Positions 13,167 to 27,790 of a stretch of DNA of 64,000 bases are shown here, one piece after another. The translations under genes were made by a program, and so were the position numbers. The notes under the pieces were generated by a model. It had not been told where the DNA came from and searched no databases. It was given only the letters and a program-made list of their open reading frames with translations. This stretch comes from Tubiluchus corallicola (taxonomy: Eukaryota > Animalia > Priapulida). Within the stretch, counting starts at the first letter, position 1. Every line of letters begins with the position of its first letter. The DNA is taken from NCBI GenBank assembly GCA_030141605.1, contig JAQGDQ010000511.1, forward strand, positions 61,102-125,101, in the 5' to 3' direction.

Positions 13167-13689
13167 GTTTCTTTCACAAAACTAGACATGCGCTTAACTA
13201 TGAAAGAAAACACAAAAATAGTTCTCAAAATTCATAATTACCCATCGCTCAAATAAATGATTTGTTCTAATTCAATTCCGTGAAGTTGGGTGGAATTACG
13301 ATGTGTGTTTTTTTCATTGTACAATATCGTCAATGGAGAATAACCGATTTGTTTACGACGTCTGCGGTTGAGTCCGGGTCGGAAATTGAGAATTCCGGCG
13401 AGTGTGAAATCCTGTTTAGGTGATAGATTCGAGTTTAGTGTGTAGCGTGGAGATCACGAGGCACGTGATTTGCAGATCAAGAAACGGATGTAGCCTTCAA
13501 TCCGCCTTCATAATTGTGTCTGAAATTATATATATATATATATATAATATGATACAATAATCACAGATAACATTGCAGTTATTTTGCAAATAAAAAAACT
13601 GATGATGCTAATAGCGTTATAAATTAAATGTACCTGTGACAAAAAACTGTAATACAAAGAACAGATCGCATGATAAACACATAATATAT

Positions 13690-14127
13690 CTATATATATA
13701 TATATGTCTAATATATATATATAATCTTTATTTGCCATTAAAATACATTGATAATCACTGATAAAAACTTTACAGAGATGATCAATCAGTGTTAGTTAAT
13801 AAAAACTTACACTGGTAAAGGCAAATGCGTCAGTGCAATCTAAACTACTGTGCAGTAATGGAAAGTAACGACGAATAAAATCAAACATATTTACAACTAT
13901 GCACAAAAAATGAAAAAAATATGATTTAATTAATATGGCCGTTGATATATGAATTCTGAATTAGTATGTATGTTGTCGCACTGGTGTGATGGTATTTCAT
14001 ATCTGGTTAATATTAGCGATTTTAATTTTGTTTTAAATGCCGATAGGGACTTGATTTGTTTAACCTGTAATGGTAGAGAATTCCAAAGTAGAATTGCTTG
14101 TTTGATTACAGAATAAGTTATTGTCAT
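13690..14127 (-). mobile_element. LINE (CR1/L2 group) 3' end with (TA)n tail; second copy at 37643-38020
   Basis: LWNSLPLQVKQIKSLSAFKTKLKS motif; ~350 bp near-identical to 37660-38020. Confidence 0.75.
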
Positions 14128-14279
14128 GTCACTTTGAAGCGAAGCGGAGGGTTCGAACTCGATTCTACCTAATTATCAACACGAATATGATTTTTAATTA
14201 GAAAAATTTGCTATATAATAAAAAATCCTGTACTAAACTAAAGAAAAGTAAAAATTGTTTTAAAGTAAAGTAGAGAATC

Positions 14280-14682
14280 TATGCAATTGTTCATGAAGAA
14301 GTGTGTCTAGATTATGACAAATTTTTAACTAAGCCAATTGTCAACAAAACCAGAAGTAACCATTCGCTCAAATTGTTTGTTAGACGTACTAAGAGAAAAA
14401 AGCTTTTGGTGAGTTTTTCTGGAACAAGGTTGTCCCTGTCTGGAATAGCTTACCCGCACAAATAAACGGATTTCCACTTGTAACAGCGCAGACTACAAAA
14501 CTTGTTAAAACTAGATCAAATGCTGTGGACTTAAATAAATTTTTACTTTTTGAAAGGCGCTTAGAAGCAGGTAATTTAGATTCTGAGCTTCTCTCCCACA
14601 TCACTGATTTCATGATTTTTTATCTAAACATTTTTTTAACTTTTGTTTATGTGTGATGTGAAATAAATTAAATTAAATTAAA
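14280..14682 (+). mobile_element. CR1 LINE 3' fragment (same family as 22520-22870 and 32283-32925)
   Basis: NHSLKLF..R...N.V...WNSLPA motif; AAATAAATTAAATT tail. Confidence 0.65.
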
Positions 14683-14798
14683 TGCGCCTGAGCATTAATG
14701 CTTTAAAACCGTGAAAATGTTAATGTGAATTTTCTTAATTCACGACTGAAGATTCACTGACTTACCAACCAAGTGTTTAACCCAATGACTGCCAATGA

Positions 14799-14837
14799 CT
14801 ATCTATCTGTCTGTCTGTCTGTCTGTCTGTCTGTTTA

Positions 14838-14930
<93 letters not shown>

Positions 14931-14936
14931 ATGTCG

Positions 14937-14996
<60 letters not shown>

Positions 14997-15007
14997 GCCT
15001 GTCTGTC
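14799..15007. repeat. (TCTG)n microsatellite
   Basis: Read directly; explains the SVCL/TDRQ ORFs. Confidence 0.98.
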
Positions 15008-16527
15008 TTTTCTCTTGTCTATTGTGTGATTTTTTTGTTTACGTGTTAACGCAGTTTGTGGCACAAAATGCAATGTGGTCAAACGTTTAGATTATTATGA
15101 CCTTGATCAAAAGTATTTTAAAACTGTTAAGTTATATGCACCTCTGTAACTGTAGATACGCAATTTTCCTCAGCAACCGTTTAGACCGGTTTGTCTAGCA
15201 CCCCCGGCACATGGATTATTAATAACTTAGTCTAAAAATAAAAATAATAAGTCTACATGTACAGTGCGATTACGGTTAAGCGTACAACTAATGGATTAAT
15301 TTATTTTTAGCTATAAATAATTTCTGTCATAATTTGTTGATTCTGCAATTTTAACTAATCGGATGCTTGTTTCATCATCAATCATCCAATGAATCACACG
15401 TCCAGTGACATGATTCTGCTCACCTCTCTATGCCAGGGCTCCCTACACGCTGCAATGCCCCAAGTGCATTTATCTCTATGGATCAATGCTGAAGTGTTTA
15501 AATCTTTTTTGATGTTTGTTTGATGCGCCGTGACAGCACCAGAAACGTTTTTTCTCCTTGCCAACAGATGGCGCCACATATAAGGCAAGAGCACGGAGCA
15601 TGCAAGCTTTTTTAGCTGTCGTTCGATTCAAGCTAATAGTTCAAGTAATTCCCCATTCAGATAGCATTCAAACAATTCACATGTTAACTACTAATTATCG
15701 ATTTTAAGTTTTTAACCAAACCAATGATTACAAGTGAATGAAGAAAAATCGATGATCTTTGCAATGAGGCAGAAATTCTGTACGTACATCAATGAAATTA
15801 GTACCAAGTATACAATCCAAGATTCATTCTAGGGTACCATGTAAGATATATGTAAATGTAATATGTTTTCAAATTTCCTCATGAAACACACATTTTCTTT
15901 ATTTTTTCATAATTTGCTACAGCACATTATTATGAGGAATTTTTGAAGGTAAATTGCTAAGACATCAGGATAGGTAGAACACAGGTGAGTTTATTTATAA
16001 ATCATTAATAACACATGCTTATCCAATCTCTGACAGCTGACAACTGATCAGGTAAGTTTTCTATGAAGCAAGGAAGCCAGCAATTCTATGAAAAGTAAAT
16101 GTTATGCATACTAGTTCAAGGATGAAAGTTTAGACTGTATATGAAGAAATAGACTTATTTTACAGCTGAAATTTCTTGTGTGGGATGTAATTTTAATGTT
16201 TTAACCAGAGAGTGTAATAATATAACATAATAAAACAAAATAATGACATATGACATAATAAATAAAAAATAATGACATACAACATAATAAAAAATAAAAT
16301 CACGAAATCGTGAACTTAACGACAATTATATGTGTGGTATAAATCAGTCCAGAACATAAATCGTCTTATATATGTCAAATGTTTGAGAAGAGAGACACGG
16401 TATATTCTTTAAAAGGCGAGTTAAACTTAAAAATTCATTCAGGCAAAACTACAAGAAATGGATTAAATTCATTATATGTGAGGGATCCATGGAATGATCT
16501 AAATGATATTAGAGCTTGCTGTTTTCT

Positions 16528-16630
16528 CAGATAGATAGATAGATGGCTGGATGGATGGATGGATGGATGGATGGATGGATGGACGGAGGGACGGACGGAC
16601 GGACGGACGGACGGACGGACGGACGGACGG

Positions 16631-16683
<53 letters not shown>

Positions 16684-16692
16684 TAGATAGAT
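16528..16692. repeat. Compound tetranucleotide microsatellite AGAT-GGAT-GGAC-AGAC-AGAT
   Basis: Read directly. Confidence 0.97.
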
Positions 16693-17297
16693 ATTTTATT
16701 TCTGAAAATCACATTTCCAACACGAAAATTACAAACTTGATGGTTTTATCAGCGGGCAGAGCTCAGGTAATGATTTCCAGATCATACTAACAATTTGACT
16801 CAACATAGCTGCACAAGGTATACATACAGATATACAATTTAGTTGAAAACTCCATGAAGCGAAAAAACTATTTCCTAAGCATTTGTACGCATGTGATAAA
16901 CAAATATTTTACCTATATGATAATCATGGTAAAGTAAAAAAAATTTAGAAGCGTTTTCTTGTAAATATATATGCGAAATTGAATTATATTTTTTTAACAA
17001 AAGCGAAGTTCTGAAATTAATGTAACTCCCAAATAAGCTTTTATTTACTGTCGTAATTTGTGGTTGTTATTTGCAGTGCCTATTTCAGCCTAAGCGAGGC
17101 CCGGGGAAGTGGGGCATATGAGGCCCCATCGGGGGTCGCTACCATGGTTGGCGCCCAGAAATTTTTTGAACTGCTAGAACGCCGGAGAAGCATTTTCGAA
17201 AAGAAAATATGGAGTTATGCAGTTGTTAAAGGAAAGAACAATTGAAAGAAAAACTGCTTTATTCTCAAGACCAGTCCTTAATACTTGTCAATACTGG

Positions 17298-17785
<488 letters not shown>

Positions 17786-18033
17786 GTGAGGTATGGAGAA
17801 CACGGGAGGTAGTTATTTGTCCCTATAATGTACCACATTCATGAATGATTTTTGAGAGAGGAGGCACTATGTTAACATAAAGCAAAACAATGTTACCTAG
17901 ACGAGAGGCCCAGGAGAAGTTCCCCCCCCCCTGAAATAGGTCCTGGTTATTTGTGTTAACACCGCGTTTTAACCGGAATTATAACACAACCTTTACGCGA
18001 CAACCGTTATAATTATACATGACATTTCGTTAA

Positions 18034-18480
18034 AGGAAAAGGTAAGACAACTTAGCTTATTTCAATATTCGCGAAAAATGTCGAAAGGATTTAGTAATAA
18101 AAGTGTGATAAGTGTCTCGTGTAATTAGTAACATAATTTTAAAGTAGCTGTCATTTCAAACTTTCGTCAAAACTATAATATTTTTTATAAAAAATATATA
18201 ATTTTGTAATATTTTTGTGTGAACGTTGGGTAAGCTGCAGAAATTTGAATTAGTTTCAGCATCGCGTGATTAAGGAAAGCGACGATGCGCTTACGGAAAG
18301 TCACGAAGTCCATCAGTTACGTCATAATTTTCAAATGAATGGCGGCCCTGAAAATTTCTTTACAGTTGTAATATATTTTAAATTTATGTGTTATTATGGA
18401 CAGTTTTTTGCATTTTTTATTGTTTATTTTTTTCTAAGTTTAAGAGATAACAGTAAAATGAACCCAACATTCTTTCGTGC
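18034..18480 (+). mobile_element. Kolobok-type MITE, family C (related pieces at ~1910-2440 and, reversed, ~59460-59603)
   Basis: Starts TTAA|AGGAAAA. Shares GAAAAATGTC..AAGGATTTAGT.ATAAAAGTGTGATAAGTG and TTTTTCTAAGTTTAAG.GATA blocks with 1960-2440. Right end uncertain. Confidence 0.55.
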
Positions 18481-18605
18481 TCTTCCTGTCAGCTGTAGTA
18501 AAGTCAGCCTAGTAACGGAAGTATCTAAACAAACTCTCGATTTAATCTGGTTATACCGGAAACAGTGAACATAAAATTGGCCCTTAAACAGAACAAAATA
18601 CATCA

Positions 18606-19095
18606 CAGTGGTGGCTCGTGTATAGGCACTGTAGGACTGCAGTATCCCCCAGTTTCACTCGATAAGTCCTGTTCTTTACCTCTTTACTTCTTTGGTACAG
18701 AACCAGAGCACGTGACTGTTTGCTTCACAGCCCAGCACAGTGTGATTGGCTGCTGTGCGCATGCGGCCATGCGCACATGCTGAGCCCAGATAGAAAAAGT
18801 ACTGTCCCTCACACAGTTTGTTGTCAGTTTTCACCTGCTTTACCGTGAATGGTTCAAGCTTGTAGAAACTTTAGCGATAATCTAGGCTATGCGTAAGCAA
18901 AAAAAAATTTTGTTCAGGATTTTATCAAGTATGCATATAAACTTTCCTATGTTTGTTTACTAAAAATGACAAAACTAAAATTAAATCTGTTTGTTTCGTT
19001 TTTCACAGTATTAAAACTATTAGTAATTTTCTGAGGCAGCACCCCACCCCCCACTACCCCACCACCCCACAGATTTTAGCTACGACCCACCACCG
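18606..19095 (+). mobile_element. hAT-like MITE; second copy at ~48290-48682
   Basis: CAGTGGTGGCTCGT ... ACGACCCACCACCG. Internal sequence matches 48300-48682, which ends ACGAGTCGCCACTG. No clear TSD. Confidence 0.6.
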
Positions 19096-20265
19096 TAGGT
19101 ATGAAGGTAAACAAATCTAGCATATATCAGTAGCAGAGAAGGTCACAACAATTTTTACTAAGACTGCCGCTGGGTAAATATGATAGAATAACAGAAGCCA
19201 GCGCAGTTTATTTATTGTTAAGTAGAGGCAGTATCGTGAAGAGGGTGCGATGGCCCTCCTAGGCGTCCATATCGTGAGAGGCATCCCATCAAAGACGCTG
19301 CTTTGCAATTACAGTAAAAATAATTCGTTGTTTAGTGGATAATTCTTTGTATTGGTTGTTTGAAGCTGATTATTGGTGTTTTAGGGATGGCAAAGCTATG
19401 AAGAGTCTGATTATAAAACTACACGTTTATTAAACATCAAACACAATAAATATAACAGATAGTAATGCCAAGGCCCCTGATCTAGCTTGCTCTCCTTCAG
19501 CTCCCAGACTCAATCCCCTGAGCTGGGCGCATCACAAGGCTTATATCTCATGCTCCGAGCTTCGACGCTTCGTTTCTGAATCACTTACTCACGTGACACC
19601 ACTCCTTAACTGGCTTCATACCAGCATTCATCAACATAATTATCTATCCTAATCTAATGCTTTTAACAGAGTTTAACAAGTTCTCTTTACTGATTGACTA
19701 CTGTGCGAATGTTGCTAATTCTCATGATATCATGTTTACTACAACCACGACCAAACACATGCTTATAAATTGTAAATTGTGAAAACCCTGGATTTGGGCT
19801 ACATTTTGGCTTAATAATTTTCTACTTAAATATTGTAATTCTTATGATTATTTAGGTTAATGTATTCACTAGTGATTTGCGTGATGATGAGGCTATGAAA
19901 ATGCAGTCAAAAGGTCATTAAAAGGTCAAATATTTTATTAGTTAAGTTCCCTAAATGTTGTGTAAATGCGAAAATAATCTTGTTTAGTTCAAATCGTATG
20001 AGTGTCAATTTTGCGCATGCGCCCTATGGTGCAACTTTTTCTAATACAAGTAAATTTTTTTAAAGGTGGTTGACAATAATGCATTTCATAGGCACTTTAA
20101 CATTTTGGGAATATGCAGCATAAGTGAAAAAATTGTAAATTTTAATATTACTAACTATGATGTTATTGCACGAAACATAACAGGATCCTTTATTATATGG
20201 ACTAAGAGAACTACCTAATAATGTAATTGATAAATTGTATGTTTACTCTGCATATCACAATACAG

Positions 20266-20402
<137 letters not shown>

Positions 20403-21320
20403 ATCCTTTATTTTTAAAAACTGTGTACAGAATACATTCCCTCTGTTTGTAGGGCTATGTTTGAAATTTCTAAAAGCATTTACAACGTATTAAACCTATT
20501 CACATATATATATAATTTAGAATCCAACGCATGAGACAGCTTGAACGACAACGATCATATACAATAGACATAGTTACAAATTATAATCCAACACTACATA
20601 CATACATAATAAAAGATAACGAACATATTTTAATACTTAGTAACAACTTTACACACATTATACACAATGAAAAACGGCGAGTACAATTATAATAAACATA
20701 ATTACCAATTTTAATACAAATTCACATAATCATAAATAAAAACAAAACAGCATATAGAAAACACGACGAGAGTTGTAAAATTTCATCACCAACAGACTGT
20801 ATGCGGGCGAAAGACGATAGGAATTCATCGGAGATAAGATTTTTAAAAGCATTATTATTATAATTAGTATTATTATGATAATGATAATACAGTTAAAGGG
20901 ACGAACAAGTATAAACTGTTTTTCATCGTGATATCAACATCTGTTACCATTTTTGAGGGTGACCTTTATTGGGTTTATGCCTTTGTATATTGTATTTTAT
21001 ATAATGTATATTGTACATACTTACACTCGGTATGTATGTATGTAAATATTTTAGTAATTTCTATCGCAATTTTATAGTATAGCCGAGTGTTTTTTAATTT
21101 TTTCAATTTTTATGTAATTTTATGTACTTTAAATGCATAAAATAAATTTAAAATAAAAAATGTAACATACTTAGCAGCCTTCCCTTGTTGTCTGCTTTGG
21201 CCACCTTGTGGAGAGTTTTATGCCTGATCACATGATGATCATGTGATGATCACGTGATGACACACACACACACACCCACACCCCCACACACCCAGACACG
21301 CACGCACGCACGCACGCACG

Positions 21321-21352
<32 letters not shown>

Positions 21353-21894
21353 CACACAGCCTATACCCTAGGACCCCAAAGTTTGAGGAAAATGTGTATA
21401 CTTTTATATTCATGTAGAGGGCGCATTTTATAACACGCCACAGTCAGTTACTTATCACTTCTTGTATATAAGTGTCACGTAACGAACAGGTGGAAGGTAC
21501 TACACTGTGATCAGGCTTGATCTGGTTTAGTGGACTAAATTTTGTTATCACAAGGCAGTTTATAAGGCGTTACAATATTGTCGTGTTGTGTGTTCAGAAA
21601 GCTCATGATTTGGGGAAAATAATGTATGTATATTCCTTTAGTTAGTTAAATTACAAATTAGTTAAAAATTACAGCAAAGCTGTAGTGTAAAAACTGCTAA
21701 ATTGTGTACAATTATTGATCTTTTGGTTATAGGTATAAAGTTTTTATTGTTTAGATGGGATGACGTTTTTTTGGGAATAAAAGACAAGCAAAATTTATTA
21801 ATCGAGGCCCAAACAAATAATATTATATTAGGTACATCTTAGAAACATTTATTGGAAATAGAGAGGCAGTGATATGTAATCAAGCAGAAAACCT

Positions 21895-23270
21895 TCACTG
21901 GGAAAATGTACCGATGGCGAAGTACATACGGACAAAATGTGTCACTGGCGAAATGTAGCCTTAGCGAAATGAAATATTTAATAAATAGAAAAGTGACACG
22001 AAATGTGTAGTGATGAAATGTACCACTGGCAAAATGTACCACTGGCAAAATGTACAATTGTTGTGTTTTGTTTCTCTCGGAAGGCTCGTAGAGAAAACCA
22101 GAAAACACTTCATCAAATTAAACTAGTTTATTAAACGAGAATTTTACAACACAAAAGTATGAAGGAACGCGAAATGTTTACAGTAAACGTGAAAATCTGG
22201 AAAACGTTTAAGTGTATCTGAAAATACAAGTATACAAGAGAATGTGTAAGTGGCGTCCGTGTGAATCTGCGTGTGTCTCTCAGCTGCTTGCTTCGCCTTA
22301 TATAGCGCGCCCAAGAAGCTTCCAGAAGTTTTGTTCCAGAACATTCCATGCGGTAAGACGATCATTCCAACGGAACATTCTACAATGTTCCATGTAATTC
22401 TAATAGATGCCAGCCATCTCCACAACAAGAATACACTTTGCCAATGGTAAATTTTGGCAGCATTTTGGTCGTAATGCCTTTATACAATGTCAATACATAC
22501 GTTTGTCGTACTTATTTCACTCTAACTAGATTGATAGATTGTAGAGATTTGGAACTCATTGCCTGCATATTTTGATGGTGCACCCCTCGTAACTGCACAA
22601 AAAATTAAGTTATTTAAAAGCCACTTATACAAAATTAACTTGCCATAAATTCTTTGTACACAATACACGCACGTAAGCAGTTAATCTCTTTGTGTCTTTA
22701 CCACAGTAGATATTGCGTTTGTATGTTTTTTTCCAACGTGTTCTACATATATTGTTTTTGCTGTAGACTGTATTTTACTAATGTGAATAAAATAAATAAA
22801 AATAAGATTATACAGTTATAGATAATATGTGCTTCAACACTGTACTTTTTCCAAGCAGCACGATCAATGCGTTTACTAACTGTATTAACAATTACCAAGC
22901 AGCAAAAAAAAAGAAAAAAAATTCTAAGTGGAAGGCTTTTCAAATTTTGTGTAAATCTTTGTCTGACTTTTAAAGTTCTAAAATGCTGTCTTGGTAATTG
23001 ACAAAAGCACTGTCATTACTCCAGTAGTAAAGAATTCTTACTGGCTAAATGAACTTGGGCAAAATGTGCACTGGCTAAATGAACTTGGGCAAAGTGTGCA
23101 CTGGCTAAATGAACTTGGGCAAAGTGTGCCCTGGCGAAATGTACCGCTGGCAAAATCGAAATGGGCAACCGGAGAAATGTCTTACTGGCAGAATCGTACA
23201 ACTGGCGAAATGTACACTGGTGGAACAGGTAGCTGACGAGTTGTGTTACTGGCAAAATGACGTACCTTCC
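21895..23270. repeat. Two clusters (21895-22055, 23038-23270) of ~15-bp CACTGGCGAAATGT-type subrepeats, including a 30-bp unit x3
   Basis: CTGGCTAAATGAACTTGGGCAAAGTGTGCA at 23041, 23071, 23101. Probably a non-autonomous element split by later insertions. Confidence 0.55.
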
Positions 23271-24619
23271 ATGGATACAACCATACTCATGCGCACTGAT
23301 ACGATTTAAATCAGAAATTTTTGAAGCGTTTTTAAAAGCTGGCATAAACCAGATATTATCACTCTTTTAATTCGAAATATATTTAGGTAATTTGGACAAC
23401 AAAAATTTCTGCTTATAGTTAAAACATCACGACTTTATTAAAACTTTTAATTTACACTGTTAAAAATAGTTTAACTTACATGTCAAACGTTTGGACAGAC
23501 CCACTGCTGTCATAAATTTCTACAAACATACAACCAATTGTACGGGCAGAGCCTACAGTATAGAACATTATATACTAATTGCGTATCTAATGAATAAGCA
23601 GACCAGCAGAAAAGAAATACACAATTCTTATTAAAAATCTGCTTTTTCTCGTTTTGTATAACAAAGTAATACCGCATCAATAATTTTTAATCTGTATCTG
23701 GAATTATTTTTTGGTAGATTAATTGTTTACACGTAGGTAAAAAGTTGGTTGTAGAATAGTTTATCAAGTATTTTAGTTAAGCCCTGGACGACAGAAAAGG
23801 ATTGATGCTTACATTTCTTATTACTTCATCCGTTGTGCCTCTGAATTTCAAATAATAGCTATAATCCATTCTCTGCATCACCTACAAATGATTATAGTTA
23901 CAATTCTATAAAAGTTATAGATAAATTTGTCTAAAAATTGACTTATTATAAGTACATTTTTCACGTTTGAGCAAGTCTGTGTACCAGAATTTAGATCTCA
24001 TGAGGGTTCAAAATACCCTTAAACACATGAAAATGCTTTGCTGGTCCAGGGATCCGTCACGGAACCCGTGGGGGATTTTATAGCGCTCCCCCAGGCCCCC
24101 CTAGCTGGTTGCGTGCGTTGTTCCACCACCCACTTGCACGCCACTGGTTTGACATGACCTTTCAACTATGTATATTAAAAGTTCTTAACAAAGTTCTGGT
24201 GTTTTAGCTATTAATGTTTTTTAAGTGGCTGCAATAAAGAAATCGACTTATTTGTAATGTTTGAGAATTATTAGTGATGCTGGACTCGAATGGTGGGAAA
24301 GAACCTACATAGAGTAATAGAACGTTTGAACTAAATACTAAAACCTGACCTAATTTTGACCTAAGAGGAAGAGCAAGCGAAAATGTTGGTATTAAAAGTC
24401 ATTTTGAGCCAGAAACCTTTGAACATTTGGACTACACATTTCTTATGAAAAAGTTTCTCAATATTTTAACGATTAGTTACGCGATTTCAGCGACTGGAAG
24501 TGGATTGGTAATTTTTTTGTTTGTTTGTTTAAAGGTACGACTCCATGTGTACGTAATGCGTAATCAGTAACGCGTGATGAGTGATAAGTAATGCGAACAC
24601 AACAGTAAGTATTTTAACA

Positions 24620-25345
24620 CGTAGAAGAGTTTCCACGTATACGTAATGCGTAATCCGTAATGCATGATGCGTGATTCGTAATGCGTAATCCGTAATGAGT
24701 GATGCGTGATTCGTAATGCGTACAAACCAGTTTGTATTTAAACATGTAGAAGAGTTTCCACGTATACGTAATGCGTAATCCGTAATGAGTGATGCGTGAT
24801 TCGTAATGCGTGCACGCCAGTTTGTATTTAAACATGTAGAAGAGTTTCCACGTATACGTAATGCGTAATCCGTAATGAGTGATGCGTGATTCGTAATGCG
24901 TGCACACCAGTTTGTATTTAAACATGTAGAAGAGTTTCCACGTATACGTAATGCGTAATCCGTAATGAGTGATGCGTGATTCGTAATGCGTGCACACCAG
25001 TTTGTATTTAAACATGTAGAAGAGTTTCCAAGCATACGTAATGCGTAATCCGTAATGAGTGATGCGTGATTCGTAATGCGTGCACGCCAGTTTGTATTTA
25101 AACATGTAGAAGAGTTTCCACATATACGTAATGCGTAATCCGTAATGAGTGATGCGTGATTCGTAATGCGTGCACGCCAGTTTGTATTTAAACATGTAGA
25201 AGAGTTTCTACGTATACGTAATGCGTAATCCGTAATGAGTGATGCGTGATTCGTAATGCGTACACAACAGTTTGTATTTAAACATGTAGAAGAGTTTCCA
25301 CGTATACGTAATGCGTAATCAGCAATGCGTTAGGCGTGATCCGTA
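24620..25345. repeat. 90-bp minisatellite, about 8 copies, built from GCGT(A/G)AT 7-mers
   Basis: GTTTGTATTTAAACATG at 24730, 24820, 24910, 25000, 25090, 25180, 25270. Confidence 0.96.
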
Positions 25346-25457
25346 TTCATTCCAACGTGATCGCTGTCGTCCGAATACGCATCGCGCAGCAATACGCAGA
25401 CGAGAAACCGCCATTACCTAAGTGATTATAGCGAGTTTTGAAGCTTCTGGTAACCAG

Positions 25458-26161
25458 CAGGGCCGGATCTAGATGTGGCAAGCATGGCGCAAAAATTTTC
25501 TGGGAGGGCGAGGTATCCGAAGTGGTTAAATAATGGTTAAGCCAATTTTTAACCATTTTTATACTGCATGCAGGCCTATAATTAGCATGTGTGTAGGACG
25601 GCGTAGCGGACAGATCAATAATGAGAAAATTAACTCTCAGTTAACCTAACGTTATTAATGTGCCTCTAACTAAATTGTTATTTACAGAAATTTATCACAC
25701 ACAAGTTTTAAGAAAATAATACGCAGGAAATAATGTCAAAATGAAATGTGGAACGATACTTCCTTGGACAAAAAAGTGTAAAGTTTTCAAAAAGTCTCAA
25801 ATTTCAGCATGGTATCGCTGCTATACCAGCATCCTATAGCTGTGCACACAGACCTGTTGGCCTGTGTGTAGAGCCTGTGACTGTGTGTTGTCCCTGTAGG
25901 CCTACACTGTGATAGGCACCTCTATGTGGTCCCTGTAGGCCTACACTGTGATAGGCACCTCTATGCACACTGAGTTTTGTCTGCACGCACACTGAAGCTA
26001 CCAAACATTTTTTTTACCTAATTCTAATTCATATTGAAAATGATTACATGCGAACTGCAATTTTCACTGCAAAAAAATTATTTGTCCAATTTTGCAGGCG
26101 CGAGGGGGGCGCAAATTTTGACAGGGGGGCGCCCCCTCGCTCCTCCCTAGTTCCGCCCCTG
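25458..26161 (+). mobile_element. hAT MITE with perfect 8-bp TSD
   Basis: GTAACCAG|CAGGGCCGGATCTAG ... CTAGTTCCGCCCCTG|GTAACCAG. Confidence 0.93.
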
Positions 26162-26639
26162 GTAACCAGTATCGCTGTTTAGCTTTCTGAAAATTCTAGT
26201 TAGATGAGTTTTGGTCAATTTAGGACCTACAAACAATAATATTTTTCCTATTTGAGTTTTTTAAAGGTGGAAGAAGCATGTAGTTGTTATGTGTTGTGCA
26301 TCTAACTGCAGTTCATTCACTAAAATGAATGATGATATTGTTCTCTCCCCTGCAAATTGTTATGCACCCAAAACCTGTGATTTCTTTTCCGTCTAATAGA
26401 CCAATAATAAGCTAATGCTGCAGTTGTAACTATCACGATCAAATTTCGACAGAGACATGGCTTCCAAAAAGTATTGCTTGAAATTTTCACACATAGCAAC
26501 CAAAAATGGCGGAAACAACGTCGTGGGTTTTGCTTGTACGCATAGCGTTTACTGACACGCGGGAAAAATCAATACGCATCACGCATCACAGATCACGCAT
26601 TACGCATTACGCGCACATGGAGTCCTAGCTTAATACGTA

Positions 26640-27000
26640 ATCTTTATTAAAAAAACTAATTAAGAATATTTACAAGAAAGTACAAAAATATGAAACCGGG
26701 ATAAAACATACATACAGCAAAGGTATAAATTTTATAGATAAAAATGGCTGGTTAAAAATTTACGCTTAAAAGTACAAAGAGCCAGGCTACTTATGTAAAA
26801 ACTTATGCCTGTTAAAACATAAATAAAAAGTTTGCTACTCTGAGCACAGACCAAGGGGGGCACCACCGACAGACTCAGGGAGTTGATTCCAGCTTCTAAT
26901 TATTCTGTTTGAGAAAATGTTTTTAAAACAATCAAGTCGGCAGAGAGCGGGCTGCAACTTCAAGCGGTGACCTCTGGTCACATTAGATAAAGGAACTTTT
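26640..27000 (-). mobile_element. CR1 LINE 3' fragment
   Basis: Minus strand TRGHRLKLQPALCRLDCFKNIFSNRIIRSWNQLPESV. Confidence 0.75.
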
Positions 27001-27790
27001 CTAAAAAAATACATGTTTGTCTATAGCATTATCTCCGTGTAATATAAAATAACACATTGCAATACCGCAGAGCCACGTGGTTTAGTGGTAATGCCATTAG
27101 ATTTTTAATCCAGAGCTTTAGTCTTCTGTTGTTTACGGGTTTTTCTTTAGATCAAATTTTGTTCTGAAAATCTGAGTAGCTTCTAACATTGAGGTCAAGA
27201 AAAAATAAATTTGTATTTTAAACCACCATTGACTTCTCTACACATTTGAATGTTATTGTCAACAGTTTTTCTCAGTACCAATGGCAGTAAAATATGATTA
27301 CTATATTAATAGATGAATATTTAACATGAACAACTTTTGGGCTGACATGCAATAGAATATGCTTCGAATAATATGTCCTAAGTTTTGTCCTAACTTTCAT
27401 TATATGTCTGCTAATCAGCAGTTCGTGTTTTTAAATGCATCACAAGATGTAGAAGTTATTAAAATTAATGCTAGATTGGTCCACAAAATATTTGAAGATA
27501 AGCCCGACAGAGATAACTCAGTGCAAGCCTCATTCACTGATTAACTGTAATAAGTATGTAATATTAAGTTTATAATAATTATATGTATGTTGCTCTGTTG
27601 CATGCGTTTTTTGTGCTTGAACCATTATACCGCTTATGGTTTCATACACCATTATGAAAGAAAGTGGTTTCTTTGTTTAGAAGCATAAGTTTTTTTAAGT
27701 CGTTTTTTCTTTATCTCATATAATTTCTTTTCTTAAGATTAATAATAAATAAATAATATGTGTGACATGTATGATCCTATGTAATTCTTC

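Larger units (their letters stand above)
24534..26629. mobile_element. TIR element (possibly PIF/Harbinger-like) carrying a 90-bp array and a nested hAT MITE
   Basis: GGTACGACTCCATGTGTACGTAATGCGTAAT versus reverse complement of the right end GCTAGGACTCCATGTGCGCGTAATGCGTAAT. Confidence 0.75.

Noticed and set aside
21161-21843. Possible solo LTR (TGTAAC start, TATA-like motif, AATAAA)
   Set aside because: No clean CA end, TSD or second copy could be established.
24529-25195. 168-aa and 193-aa repetitive ORFs
   Set aside because: Artefact of a 90-bp (multiple of 3) array inside a TIR element; no splice or domain support.
27068-27145. tRNA/SINE A-box-like GTGGTTTAGTGG
   Set aside because: No recognisable B box or cloverleaf.
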